A stretch of DNA of 63,147 nt, filler included, from Octopus bimaculoides (taxonomy: Eukaryota), in NCBI RefSeq assembly GCF_001194135.2. It is 7 parts of 6 records of this genome, joined end to end, with 100 filler letters (N's around TTAATTAATTAA, not from the genome) between each part and the next. Parts side by side here need not be neighbours in the genome. Positions count along the whole stretch, not along the records: positions 62,064 to 63,147 come from NC_068994.1; 6 more parts are not named here. The stretch is one strand, 5' to 3'. The first letter of the stretch is position 1. Each line of letters begins with the position of its first letter. Below the pieces are notes generated by a model. It was not told the origin of the DNA and searched no databases. It saw nothing but the letters and a program-made list of their open reading frames with translations. Shown here piece by piece: positions 62,417 through 63,147 of the stretch. Made by a program: the position numbers and the translations under genes.

Positions 62417-63147
62417 GAGGCTCATACGGATGCAAACATCAGCTCTTAATTAATTGTATGATCCTTGAGAACTGCCATAACAAGCGCAGAAATCTCAGCT
62501 CTTCATGGATTGATTATAAAAAGGCCTTTGACAGAATACCACATTCGTGGAATCTGAAATCGCTGGACATTTTCAAAATTTCTCCTGTGATTTCAGATTT
62601 TTTAAAGTATAACATGTTACTATGGAACACGAAGCTGCAATTATATTATTCTAATGGAGTATTGCACTCAAACAATATTAGCATAAACTGTGGCATTTTT
62701 CAAGGTGACTCACTTTCACCACTAATTTTATGCATAGCACTAATACCACTCTCAAGTGAACTGAATAGAACAGGGTATGGCTACAAAATTGACAACAGGA
62801 AAATAAGCCATCTATTTTATATGGATGATTTAAAGCTATATGGCAAAGATGATGAAGAGCTTCAAGGACTACTACATACTGTGAAAGGATTCAGTGATGA
62901 TATCGGGATGGAGTTTGGCCTTGAAAAGTGTGCCAAATCCACTTTTAAGAAAGGGAAACTGGTAAAGTCAAGTTCAATAGAATTAGATGTCGAAACAGTA
63001 ATAAAGGAACTTGAGCAAAACAAACCTATAAATACCTAGGAATAAATGAAGGCTCTGGTATCCAGCATGCAAGCATGAAAGAGAAGGTTAGGAAGGAACG
63101 TTATAGAAGAGTTTGAGCAGTTCTGAAGTCTGAGCTGAATGCATATA
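62416..63147 (+). pseudogene. 5'-truncated RLE-type LINE reverse transcriptase (R4/Dong-like), disrupted
   Basis: RGSYGCKHQLLIN, WIDYKKAFDRIPH, GIFQGDSLSP, HLFYMDDLKLY, GLEKCAK, then a frameshift near 63020 into YKYLG and an in-frame TGA at 63114-63116. Confidence 0.93.

Overview
AT-rich, gap-ridden animal genomic DNA, most likely a coleoid cephalopod (Octopus-like; inferred from the SINE families and microsatellite load, not verified). The window is not one contiguous locus: six identical 100-nt linkers (N44-TTAATTAATTAA-N44) join seven separate pieces. Almost all ORFs in the supplied track are microsatellite or N-gap artefacts. Real coding signal: (i) three phase-compatible minus-strand exons (23669-23508, 21054-20970, 17580-17474) of an atypical cadherin with a DADDQGP linker and a C-x6-C loop, plus weaker candidate exons; (ii) decayed RLE-type (R4/Dong-like) LINEs, a pogo/Tigger remnant and two Tc1/mariner remnants. 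Three tRNA-derived SINE families occur in many copies. The most striking signal no ORF explains is a set of minimal hammerhead-ribozyme motifs of the Penelope-associated type. Three of these loci are ORF-less foldbacks whose two arms carry outward-facing hammerhead sequences (16.3, 20.5 and 33.2-33.7 kb). All structures were read and paired by eye; no searches or folding programs were run.
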